Source of the DNA: Octopus sinensis
Lineage: Eukaryota
Direction: 5' to 3'
DNA: 64,000 nucleotides
Assembly: GCF_006345805.1 (NCBI RefSeq)
Contig: NC_043013.1
Coordinates: forward strand, 43,152,001-43,216,000
A program made the translations under genes and the position numbers. The notes beneath the pieces are model-generated. The model ran no database searches. It had not been told where the DNA came from and was given only the letters and a program-made list of their open reading frames with translations. Shown in pieces: positions 14,301 to 27,500 of the stretch. Position 1 is the stretch's first letter; the number at the start of each line of letters is the position of its first letter.

Positions 14301-17300
14301 CATCCAACATACTGTCATTCCAGAAGCCTTGGTACTGTTTCTCCATAGCACTAATGTCATGGTGAAATCTTTCACCATGTTCATCAGACACTACTCCAAG
14401 GTTATTTGCGAAGAAATCCATATGGGAGTCCAAGAAGTGAACTTCCAGTGACATGCAACAACCCATTGCTGAGTAACATATTAGAAGATTCTTGATGCCA
14501 TCCTTGCAGTCCATTTCCTTCTTGTTGCCCAAGAAATTCTCACAGATCCAATTGAAAGCTTTCCAGGCAGGCAGTTTCAGTTCGTCCAGTATCGTCTTGA
14601 AGTTGACATTTTTGAGTACTTCTTTAATTTGGGGTCTGACAAAGATACCCTCTTTCAACTTCGCCTGTGTGATTTTGGCAAACTTGTCTATAATATACTC
14701 AAACCTTCTGGCATTTCTCTTCCCTAGTGTCTTTAGAAACTTGTTTCATCAGTCCAAGCTTTATGTGCAAAGGAGACAGTAGGACATTACATGGATCTAC
14801 AGGAGATGTATTCTTGATGGTAGACAGTCCTGGCTTGTATGATGTTCTTGTCTGCCAGTTTGATTCCGAATAATGTCTGTCAGTTACCCGACTATCCCAT
14901 AGACACGAGAAACAATAGTAAACCTGACTGCATTCCCATTAACATTCCAATGATTTTTAAATCTCCATCTATTTTCCATGAGTATCTTTCATAGGCAGTG
15001 GCATGATGTAAAAGTTCCATATTCTTCATGATTCATGAAGAACAGAGTGTGCAGTAGGAATGGAGAGTTTCAAATTACCATTATGGAAAAGTCCATCGAT
15101 GTTACTGCAAAAGCAAAGCAAGCTCTCAACTGAAAAACATGTTTGTAGAAACACATTTCTCTGCCAAAAATAAGTTATATGAACACCATACTCTAGCAGA
15201 TACTTCTCCTTCAGTCTTGATGCCAACAATTCTGCTTTATCTTTTGAGAGAGATAGGTCTTTGACAAGGTCATTCAGTTCAGCTTGGGAAAATTTCTGAG
15301 GTTCAAAGCTATCATCATCAGCCATGTAATCTTCCTTGGCAGCACTATCGTGACAGTCAGCATCATCATCTGATGTTTCAATACCATCATCTGGTGGAAC
15401 TGTAATTGGCAAACTTCCATTGTGAGGCACAGGTCTCATTGCAGAATCCTAATTGGGATACACAATTTTGTGTTTATTCTTCATAGAGAATCCTGTGACA
15501 TTTATTTTGCAAAAATAGCAGTCATTAAAGTGGTCTTTCATCACCCTCCATATCATTGGAATGGCAAAAGACATGGACTTTTGCCATTTTTCTTAATGAA
15601 CCAGTCACGTAAGCCATTTGAGCAAGCTGAGCAGATAAAATGTGGTGTCCATAACTTGTCCTGATCTCCAAGAGAACAGACAATGTATAGCTTATAAGTC
15701 TTCTTGATCTCTGGGATTATTGTACATTTTTGAACTTTTACAATAAATTGTCTGCAGACATAACAAAATGATTTCTACACTGTCTTGACATTGTTAACAC
15801 TGTAAAGCAAGTAAGGAAATAGATACAAACAGTTATACTATACTCTTTTATTCTTTTACTTGTTTCAGTCATTTGACTGCGGCCATTCTGGAGCACCACC
15901 TTTAGTCGAGCAAATCGACCCCAGGACTTATTCTTTGTAAGCCTAGTACTTATTCTATCGTACTAGGCTAAGTTACGGGAACATAAACACAACAGCATCG
16001 GTTGTTAAGCGATGTTGGGGAGACTAACACAGACACACCAACATATACACACACATACATACATATATATATATACACACGACGGGTTTCTTTCAGTTTC
16101 TGTCTACCAAATCCACTCACACGGCTTTGGTCAGCCCGAGGCTATAGTAGAAGACACTTGCCCAAGGTGCCATGCAGTGGGACTGAGCCTGGAACCATGT
16201 GGTTGGTAAGTAAGCTACTTACCACACAGCCACTCATGCGTCTACACTTATATTGAATTTGATGAGATATTTCATCAGACCAATTATGACTGGACAATTT
16301 AAGATGTTGAAATACCTATTTCATCAGACAAAACTTTGATTGATTGATTTAAGATGATGAAATATTGCATCTGAACTATGCAGCAATGAATAATGCAGTT
16401 TATTTTAAAGGTATGTTTCCATGATGTAAATGAAATACATGCATATATGTCATCAACTGGAAGTTCTATATAATGCATGAGCTGAAAATAAATAATGAAT
16501 GTGCTCTTTTAAAGTCTAGCCAGGCTCATGGGCCTGGTTTCCCGGTTTCTACGGCGTATGTGTTCCCCAGCTGGACAGGATGCCAGTCCATTGCAGCGTT
16601 ACTCATGTTTGCCATTTGAGTGGACTGGAGCAACATGAAATAAAGTGTTTTGCTCAAGAACACAATGCGTTGCCCAGTCTAAGAATCGAAACCACAATCT
16701 TACGATCATGATGCTGGCACCCTTACTACTAAGCCACGTGCCTCCACACATGAGCTAAAACCAAAAAAAAAATTTCTCATGAAAACTATACGTGATGTCA
16801 AAAAAAAACTATTTGTGTATTTGAAATCAGCGTTAAAAACTACACAGTATACCTTGATGTATGCTTGATGAAAAATACTTGTTGACCAATGTAATTAGTC
16901 TGTAGTGGAGTGGAAAGTCAGGAAACAACCTTTTCAAGAGTTTATAACTTACTGTTTATTTGAAAGTAACAATGTTTGTTCAGATACTTCATTTTCAAGC
17001 TTTTAAAAGTTTTTCTTTATTCCCTCTTTTTCTTTTGTAGACAATTTAAATATGGCTGAAAGTGTGGTGAGTATAACTTATTGTTGTTGTTATTAGTGCA
17101 AAGGCGGTAAGCTGGCAGAATCATTGGCATGCTGAGCAAAATGCTTAGCGGTATTTCGTCTGTCTTTATGTTCTGAGTTCAAATTCTGCTGAGGTCGACT
17201 TTGCCTTTCATCCTTTCAGGGTCGATAAATTAGTACCAGTTGTGTATTGGGGTTGATCTAATCAACTGGTACCCCTCCCCAAAATTTCGGGTCTTGTACC

Positions 17301-18540
17301 TAGAGTAGAAAAGAATCATTAGCATGCTGGGCAAAATGCTTAGAGTATTTTGTCTGTCTTTATGTCCTGAGTTCAAATTCTGCCAGGGTCAACTTTGCCC
17401 TTCATCCTTTCAAGGTCAATAAAATAAGTACCAGTTGATCAATGGGGTCAGTATAATCAACTAGTCCTCTCTCCTGAAATTTCAGGCCTTGTACCTATAG
17501 TAGAAAGGTTATTATTATTATTATTGCAAAAAAAAAAAAAAAAAAAAAAAGGTAGCAAGCTGGCAGAATTGTTAGCACACTGGGCAAAATGCTTTGTGGC
17601 ATTTCACCTGTTTTTGTGTTCTGAGTTCAAATTCCACTGAGGTTGACTTTGCCTTTCATCCTTTTAGCATTGATAAAATAATCCTTTCTACTATAGACAC
17701 AATGCCTGAAATTTGTGGGGAGTGGGGCCAGTCAATTAGATTGATCCCAAAATGCAACTGGTGCTTAATTTATTGACCTCCGAAAGGGTGAAAGGCAAAG
17801 TCAACCTCAGCATTGATAAAATAATACCACTAAAGTACTGGGGGGGGGGTCGATTAGCCCTTCCCACCAAAATTTCAGGCTTTGAGTCTATAGAAGAGAG
17901 GATTATTATTGTTATCGTAAAATGTTCAGCAACATTTCTTCTGGTTTTACATTATGAGTTCAAATTTCGTTGAGGTTGATTTTTTCCCTTTCATCCTTTT
18001 GGGGTCAATAAGATAACTGTACCAGTTGAATACTAGGGTTGATGCAATCAACATACCCCTCTCCTCAAACTTTCAGGTCTCATGCCTAATGTAGAAAGGA
18101 TTATTATTATTATTATTATTATTATTTTTATTATTCAAGGTGGCTAGCTGGCAGAATTGTTAGTATGTTGGATGAAATGCATAGCAGCATTTTACTCATC
18201 TTTATGTTCTGAGCTCAAATTCCATCAAGGTTGACTTTACCTTTCATCATTTTGGGGTCGATGAAATAAGTACCAGTTGAGCACTGGGTTTGATGTAATC
18301 GGATCAGTCCCCTCCCCCAAATTTCCAGGTCTTGTGCCTGTAGTAGAAAGGATTATCAATAATATTAATATGCTTAGTTTTGTTTGTTTTTGTATGTACC
18401 TGTAGTGTGTGTCACACTTCAAAGGAAGAAGTGAGTGGCAAAGCGAGAGAAAAGAGGACAGAGAGGAAGTGAGAAAAAGAGAGAGAGAGTCAGTGAGTGG
18501 ATCACGTTTGTTTTGTATTTTCAAATGTTTCAGAGAGGAA

Positions 18541-18577
<37 letters not shown>

Positions 18578-21500
18578 TGAATGAAAGAGACAGTGAGTGA
18601 TGACAGCGTTTGTTTTGTGTTTTTAAATGTTTATCACATCGCAAGAAAAGTAGATACATAGATCGAAAGAAAAGTTGATGCATACACACATTGTTAAATT
18701 AAAAGCGGGAGAGAGGAGGGACACAGGAAGTGAAAGAGAGAAAGTGAGAGAGACAGTCGATACATAGATCGAAAGAAAAGTTGATACACAGATACATAGA
18801 CATTGTTAAATCAAAGACAGATAAACACCTATGTGCAGGCTGTTGTTATCAAACTGAATGTGAGTCCAGGGCAAAGTCACTACATGGCATTATAGCAATT
18901 ATTTCATCTTAGCTTTCACTGCTTATGACTAAACACGTGACATTTTTGCCTTACAATATGGAACATTTCCTTTGCTTTCACTCTTTAAAAAAAAAATGAC
19001 ACTCGTCACTTACAACAAGGTCCCTGTTTATCTGATCAACAGAACCGTCTGCTCATAAAATTAACGTGCAAGTGGCTGAGTACTCCACAGACATGCATAC
19101 CATAACGTAGTTCTCAGGGATTTTCAGCCTCACACAAAACGTGACAAGGCTGGCCCCTTTGAATTACAGTTACAACTCATTTTTGCCAGCTGAGTGGACT
19201 GCAGCAAGGTGAAGTAGAGTACCTTGCTCAAGAACACAGCACATCACTGGGAATTGTGCTCATGACATTATGATTGTGGGCTGAATACTCCGAACCACTG
19301 AGCCATGCACCTTCGCTTAGCTGGCCTCGTAACTTAGCTGTTCGGCTGAAGAGACTCATAGAATAAGAACCAGGCTTACAGGGAATAAGTTCAGGTGTCC
19401 ATTTCTTTGACTAAAGGGCAGTGCTCCGGCATGGTCACCATCAAATGACTGAAACAAGTAAAAGAATACTAGATGAAAGTTCCATACTACTAAACCAAGA
19501 AGGTTCTTTGAATATGTATGATGTTGTTTAAGGCTAAATAGTAATTCTGCTTGTGTTTGTGTACCTGAGATATTTTGGTTGGATTATATATGGTTACTGG
19601 TTTTACACTTTCTATATTCTGTAACTGTTACAATATAGAAACATTTCTAATGGTACCGGCACACAATTTACAGATGCTTACATTTTTTATGTTTCCTGTG
19701 AATTTTTCACGGGTCCAACTAGTTATTATTATTATTCAGTAGTCTTAGTTTTATCACATGCTTTCACTGCACTGATCACAGCTCTGTGTGCCTTGGGTAT
19801 GTGCCATGGCTTGTGGTGCTCTTATTTCCACTGTATTGAAAGTGTTTTACATAGGATATGTGTGTCGCTTAGTAGTGCTATTTTCTGTATATAGTAGTGC
19901 TATATATTTGTAAGTCCTGATGTTTTTGTTATGTATTTGTCTGAATGTTTTTATCATACTTAATGTACTTACTATTATAGGAATTGTTTCTGATTTTAGG
20001 CTCCACATTCGAGTTACCTATATTTCCAGATCTTTGTATTTTGAAAGTGTCTCCATTTCTTTTAGAGAAACATCATCTGTTGATATTGATACATTGATTA
20101 GAAGGCATCTTTTTTCTTGGTGATTTCTGACAACTATATCCAGTCTATTAGCCTTGATTTCACTGTGTGTATTGGCATATCCCAGAGTATGGTTACTTTC
20201 TCATTTTCTGTGACCTTTTCTAGGGTGTGCCTATACCATTGTTTTTTCTGTTGTAATTTCATAGTGTTGTTATAGCTTCCATTGTATATAAGTCCCAACA
20301 CTGTCATGTCTGAGAATATATTATTATTATTATTAATATTATTTAAGGCAGCAAGCTGGCAGAATTGTTAGCTCACTGGACAAAATGCTTAGCAGTATTT
20401 CGCCTATCACAATGTTCTGAGTTCAAATTCTGCCAATGCTGACTTTGCCTTTCATCCTTTCAGGGTTGATAAATTAAGTACCAGTCAAGTACTGGAGTTG
20501 ATATGATCGACCTATCCCCTACCCTCAAATTTCAGACTTTATGTCCATATTAGAAAGGATTATCATTATTATTATTATTTCTGACTCTTTACATTTTGAG
20601 TTTAAAATCCTGCCAAAGTCAACTTTGGCTTTAATATTTTTGGGTTGATGAAATAAAGTACCAGTGAAATGCTTGGATTGATGCAATTGACTCACCCACT
20701 CCCTTCAAAATGCAAGCCTTGTGCCAGAATTTTAAAGAAATTATTATTTTTATTCTGAAGGGAGGTTAGTTGGCAGAATGTTGGATAAAATGTTCTGCAA
20801 TATTCAGTCACCTCACTTCATGTTCTGAGTTCCAAATCCTGCTAAGTTTGATTTATGCCTTTCATCCCTCCAGAATTGATAAATTAAAGTATCAGTCAAG
20901 TACTGGGGTTGATATAATCATCTGGTCCCCTTCACTTCAAAAATTGCATGCCTCATGCCTATTATTTACAAATGACAATTATTGTAGGGAGAGCAATAGG
21001 ATGGTAGTTCCTAGGGTAAGGTATGTTGCCCATTTTTGGAAGGGGGCGCTATGTTGGAGGCTTTTATAAATTGGGATAAATCCTCATAGATAAAGAGAAA
21101 GATTGAGTACTTTACAGTCAAAAAGCATTCCAACCCTGACTATTCCAGCTTTTTTTTTTTAACATAGAGACTTGAGGGAGATTTGGTTGCTATTTCTAGC
21201 AGGTTGAGTAACCATGTAGAAGCACCCTTATTGACGTGTGTATGTATACATGGAAGTATGTATGTATTTGTTGGCAAAACATGGTCCTATGCACAGGCCT
21301 CAATTGTACTGTGTTACCCAGTGTCCAAGTGCTCCAACACAGAGCCCAGTCTTGCTTGTGGGGGGGTCACTTTACCAAAAATGGTTGATGAACAGCTTCT
21401 GAAACCTCTTTGTTACAGCAAGGTGGAAGGGGATCAGTTGGAGGACAATGCAAACCAGGAAAGGGCTCAGAGTGTTTGAGCAAGCTAGGAATGGAAAAGG

Positions 21501-24500
21501 GAGCTAAGTACATTCAAAGCCATCTGTTTATTAGCAAAAATAAAAATAAATATTACTTTGTAGCCATTGATTATTGAAAGCATGGTCATCACCCATATAG
21601 GTAGATGAAAGAGGAATTACCATCATTGTTGGTACTTTTCCATGCTTGCATGGGTCAGCCTTCCTCCTTTCTATTGCCAACCTTCACCTGTTTTCAAGCA
21701 AGGTAATATTTCCTCATGACCAGACATGTTTTTGCTGAATATTGGAATTGAATGGCATTGCTTGTATGACAGTGACATTCATTTACATCTATCATGCTAT
21801 GTCAAAAACAAGGAGGCATACACATATATGTATACAACAGGCTTCTTTCAGTTTCAATCTACCTTATCTAGTCACAAGACTTTGGTTGATCTGGGGCTAT
21901 AGAAGAAAACACTTGCTCAAGGTACCATACCATATGACTGAATCCAGAACCATTGTAGCTGGGAAGCAAACTTCTTAACCACACAGCTATGCTTATATTT
22001 ATAAATGGATCCATTTTGTACCAAGAATTGTCTCTGAATCTACCATTTCCCCTTTTTGTTACTGTTCTAACTTGCTTCTTTATTTCTTCAATCCTAATAA
22101 CAGCATAATTAGTTGTCTTCTACTAACATCTGTTTCTCCTTGTTAACTCCTCCTCTTTTATTTTCCACTGCCTTTTAGTTTTCAATATTTTCTCTTACTA
22201 CTTTCAATCTATTCAATACTGTCAGAAAACCTTTCAGTTTTCTCTGATGAAGAGTCCTGTTGTCTGAAATATTAGACTTTTCCTCTTCATTATAGTAAAC
22301 TGATTTACTCCACTTTACAAACTTTCTATATTTACTAATAGCCAGTGCAGACCATCTCTAGTTTCCTCAGATCCTAATGTTACATTACTCATTTTATTTG
22401 GTTTATGTCTTGACAACCTTGCATGTAGGTGACAAATTGGCAGTCGTTAGACTATAAGACAAAATATCTTGCAGTATTTATTTCCACATTTTGCATTCTG
22501 AGTTCAAATCCTGACAAGGTCAACTTTGCTTTTCATCCATCTGGAGTTGGTAGATAAAATATGAGTTTAGAGCAGTGGGTGGAGGTGTGTGGCCTAGTGG
22601 TTAGGGTGTTGGATTCATGATTGTACGATTGTGGTTTCAATTCCTGGACCGGATGATGCGTTGTGATCTTGAGCAAACACTTTACTCCAGTCCACTCAGC
22701 TGGTAAAAATGAATAATCTTGTGATAGACTGGCTTCTTGTCCAGGGGTAAATATATATATATGCCATGGGAACCAGTAAGCTAGTCCTAACGAGTCCATA
22801 ATACTTAAGAAGGATGCTTATGCTTAATGCTACAGCAGTGGACTGGTAGAATCATTAGAGCTTCAAATGGAATGTATTGTAGTATTTGCTCTGGTTCTTT
22901 GCATTCTGATTTCAAATCCCATTGTCGTGTAATGATAGATGCTTCTGATAGAATCCTATGGAGAAGATGCCTCAGGGCTCCCACCACCTTCCAGGAATAG
23001 AGAGTGGACAAAGTGAATGGATGGATGGATGACTATGATGATCTGATACAAGATATAGAATCTTACCAAGATGAAGTAATGAGGAAGATTTGATGGTAAT
23101 CGTAGCTAAATCTCCCTCAAATCACTTCTTACTGTCTAAAATATAGGGTAAAGACATTGGATAATGTAGTATGAGTTACACTATACCTGAAAATAAAAAT
23201 AAAAAGAGAAAATATATGCTCTTAGCTGAAATGTTTTGATCAGTAAAGACTTGGGGGCTAAAATAATATGTAAAGATGTTGTTGTGCACCAATTCAATTT
23301 GTGTAAGGAATGTAAAAAACAAAAAAACTTATTAAATCAATAATGATGATGATGATGAATAGATTGAATATACCAACACTTGAAACCCTTCTGGGATGGT
23401 TATATTTTAGTGTTTTTTTGCATCTCTCTTTGAGAACAACTGATGAAATCTAGTACCAAACCAAACCCTTAAGAAAATTGGAGTAGTGAGTCCAGCTGAG
23501 GGATTACTGGTATTAACCCTTTAGCATTTAAATTGGCCGTATGTGACCCAAATTGTTCTATTTGTTTTATGTTCAGTCTGGCTAGATCCAGCCTCTCACA
23601 CCTACCCAACAATATCATTCTAAAAATAAACAATCACATTAATCAAACTCTCAAAGCTATGAGATAACGTATGATTAATTCAAAACAATGGGAATAAATA
23701 AAAATTACATTTGACAGTAATCTGAGTGCTAAAGGGTTTGAGTAGGTCTCCAATTATTTGCTAAGCTAATATCTGTGAAAGACCATGAGAACATAGACAA
23801 TGGATATGAAACTGCTGATGGTGGTTGTGGTGTTGATGGCTATATATATATATATAAGCATGTGTTGGATAGAGCTATAAATGTATGGAATTGTTTATAT
23901 ATTGTTTAGGAAGTGTTGAAAACTGGAGATGAAGTTGTCATAGATGCCAATAATTCTTCTACAATGACCAGTGACCCTGTGGAACCAATGGAAGTTAAGC
24001 TTGATGACACCAGCAATGGTAACAGTTCCAAAGAGGCCAGCACTGTTGGCCAAGTGTCTGTGAAGGTAGAAAACAAAAACAATTTGAGTAAAATGACCCC
24101 AGAGGAAAATATGGTGACTACCACTGCTTTGGAAGATGTTTGTAATACTGAGAAGGTAAAGTCAGTCTATAGTTTTACCTTCTTGGTTTTGATCACTGAA
24201 ATATTTTCATAATATTTTTAAAAGTTTTATTTTGTTCTGGCGAGTTCTCGGTCGTCGGCAGTGGTATCAAGCACGAGTGCGGCCGGTCGGTCGGCGGGGA
24301 GTAAGTCTGAGTAGTAGTCGGCCAGGAAAAAAGACCACGAGTGTGTGTGTCCGTGTGTTATCGACGAGGCACGAAGCGGCGAGTTCTCGGTCGTTGGCAG
24401 TGGTATCGAAGTATAAAGTTTTATTTTGTAGAAGAAATGATGTACCTCTGCTCACGAGCAGATGTACATGATTTGAGGTACCTCACATTAAGGTACCTCA

Positions 24501-27500
24501 CTCACTTCCATTTGATGGATAAATAACTACTACATTTATATCAGCTTCTCTCAAAAGCTGTTAAAAATTCCCCTCAATACAAACAACCAAAAACCCTATT
24601 GAAATATTGCTGCCCTTGAGGCCAGTTTCAAGAATACCAACATAGTCAATCTATTCATTATCATCATTGTTATTATCATCATTGATTTAATGTTTATATT
24701 TTTTCCATGTCCTAAACAAGCTGGATTGGTGCATTACAATATCCCTGTGTATTGTTGTTGTTTAATCCCATGCCTTTCCTAATCCAGCAGATTTATGACC
24801 AAAAGCATTTCAGCGAGGATCTTTCATCTTTTTCCTTTTTCATTTTCTTTTTTCAGGTATAGTATAATCGGGACTATATCACACAATGTTTTCTTCCAGC
24901 CTTTTTAGATGGTGGGATGTGATTTGAAGGAGATTTAGCTGCTATTACTAGCAGGTCGGAGTACCGTGTGGAGTCTCCCTCATTACTTCATCTTTGCATG
25001 TTTCTAAATCCTGAATCAGGTCATCATCATCTGTGGAGCCAAGCATTTTCAAAAATGGTCTAAATTTTCCCCAAGACACATTAGTCTACCTTTCACATGG
25101 TATTTTCCACCTCCATCACAACCTCACAGTATCAATTATGTGTCATTTATCCACATAACATACCTCTACCAACATTGTTAATCTCTCCTGCTTACACTAA
25201 GCCAAACATTTTTATGTCTAGTCATTATATTCAACTCATTCCTCTAAATCAGTGGTTCTCAACCACTTTTCATCCATGGACCCCTTTGATTACTATTTTA
25301 TTCTGGTGGACCCCCATAGCCATTTAGTATTTAGTTTTAGAGATTTTTCTTTCAAGAATTCCTATTTTGTTTATTACACACTCACGTGTTAAGGTTGAAT
25401 TATGTAAAACATCAGAGAAAGAAACCTGGCTGTTTCTTGCAATAAATACATCTAAAAAGCACCCACTACACTCACGGAGTGGTTGGCATTAGGAAGGGCA
25501 TCCAGCTGTAGAAACACTGCCAGATCTGACTGGCCTGGTGCAGCCTTCGGACTTCCCAGACCCCAGTTGAACCGTCCAACCCATGCTAGCATAGAAAGCG
25601 AACATTAAATGATGATGATGATGAAAAGAAAAGTTTTTTTTATGGACCCTTAAAATACTTCTGTAGATCCAATTTACTATTTCACTTGTGTGGACCCCCA
25701 ATAATCTTATATCAACCTCATTTGAGAACCACTGCTCTAAAAGCTAGATTTAGCCCCTAATATTTCTTATCAGGTTCAATCCCACTATACAGCATCTTGG
25801 GCAAGTGTTTTCAACTATATCCCTGGGCCAAACAGTGCCTTATGAATGAATTTAGTAGACAGAAACTGTGTGGAAGCCTGTTGTATGTATGTGTGTGTAT
25901 ACGTAAATGTGTTTTTATGTTTGTGCTTGTCTCCCCACTGCCAGACAACCAGTGTTGGTTTGTTTATGGCTCTGTAACTTAGCAGTTCAGCAAAAAAAAA
26001 AAAAGTAAGTGAGGGGTAGATCTGTACAACTAAACCCTTGGCCATAGCTGTTTTAGGATATCAGACGCTGATAGCTTTTATATTCTGGTAGGTGTTTGAT
26101 CAGCAACCACTGTGAAATAGTGTTAGTGGCAGTAAATAGATGAATGAGGTCATATGTTCAAGCCAATAATGTTGCCTGATGTCAATGAAAATCTTCTTTT
26201 AACATGTTAACCACCATGGCCTGTTACTGGAACTTACTGGTGATGCCACACATTTCTGATCATGCTGCATATTGTTTAACTATGAAGAAATGTCATTTAA
26301 AAAAATTTTTTTATAATATTTCACAAGTAAACTTTAATATTTAGCATCATGTTATTTAACCCTTTTGTTACTGTATTTATTTTGAGATGCTCTGTGTTTC
26401 TTTCAATTGCTTTAAATATAACAAAGAATTTAGTAAAATTACTTGGTTATCATTCAGCTAGTGTTAGGAACATAAATTGTGACTATGGTTTGGTGGAAGA
26501 TTTTAATTCAAAACTTATGAAAACAAGACATTTGTACTCAGAGCCAGAGTTGGTTTCAGCCGGGTTGGTAATGAATGGGTTAAATATCCTTGAAACCATG
26601 TCAAAGATACAGAGTAAAATATTTTTTAAAATCATGAAAATGTATCAGTGGTGGTGCATATGGTGGTTGTGTGAATTTCGTGATGAACCACTGATGGTAG
26701 ATGTGGTGCTTAACATGTTAATGTATCACTCCCTTTGAAGTCGATACCTTAGAACAAAAAAATAGCAGGCAAACACCCTCAACAATAATGGAAATTGTAG
26801 CATGTAACAGCTACCAGTTGATGTAAGCTGGACAAAGTGGAAATGCTTTAATTGGTTGAGAACCAGAGTTGTCAGGGCCAAATTGACACTTGACAGATGA
26901 GAGTATAGCTTCACTAATGATGCTGTGTGTGATGGTGGCACAGAGATACAAAGCAATTGAGCGCTTGTTGAAATGCCATCAAATGCTGAAGCCATGCACT
27001 TCTGCTTACTTTGCAGTGTACAATGAAAGAGAATTGTGTCTGGTTTGGATTGGACAAAGTTTAAGTGAATGTGAAGTGGGTTTGTTTGTTATCTTTTACT
27101 TGTTTCACTTATGGGGCTGTGGCCATGCTGTGACCATGCTGCCTTCAAGGGTTTAGTTGAACAGATCTACCCAACACTTATCGTTCTCTTTTTTGTTGAA
27201 CTGCTAAGTCACAGAGCCATAAATAAACCAACACTGGTTGTCTGACAGTGAGAAGACAAATACAAACATAAAGACACATTTACACACACACACACACACG
27301 CACAACAGGCTTTCACACTGTTTCTATCTACTAAATTCATTCATAAGGCACTGTTTCGCCCAGGGACACAGTAGAAAACAACTTGTCCAAGATGCTGTGT
27401 AGTGGGATTGAACCTGAAACCATGTTACTGCAAAGCAAGCTTCATGCCAGCATTTGTTAAAAAAAGGAGAAACTAGGTTAAGGAAATCATCTAATCTTTC

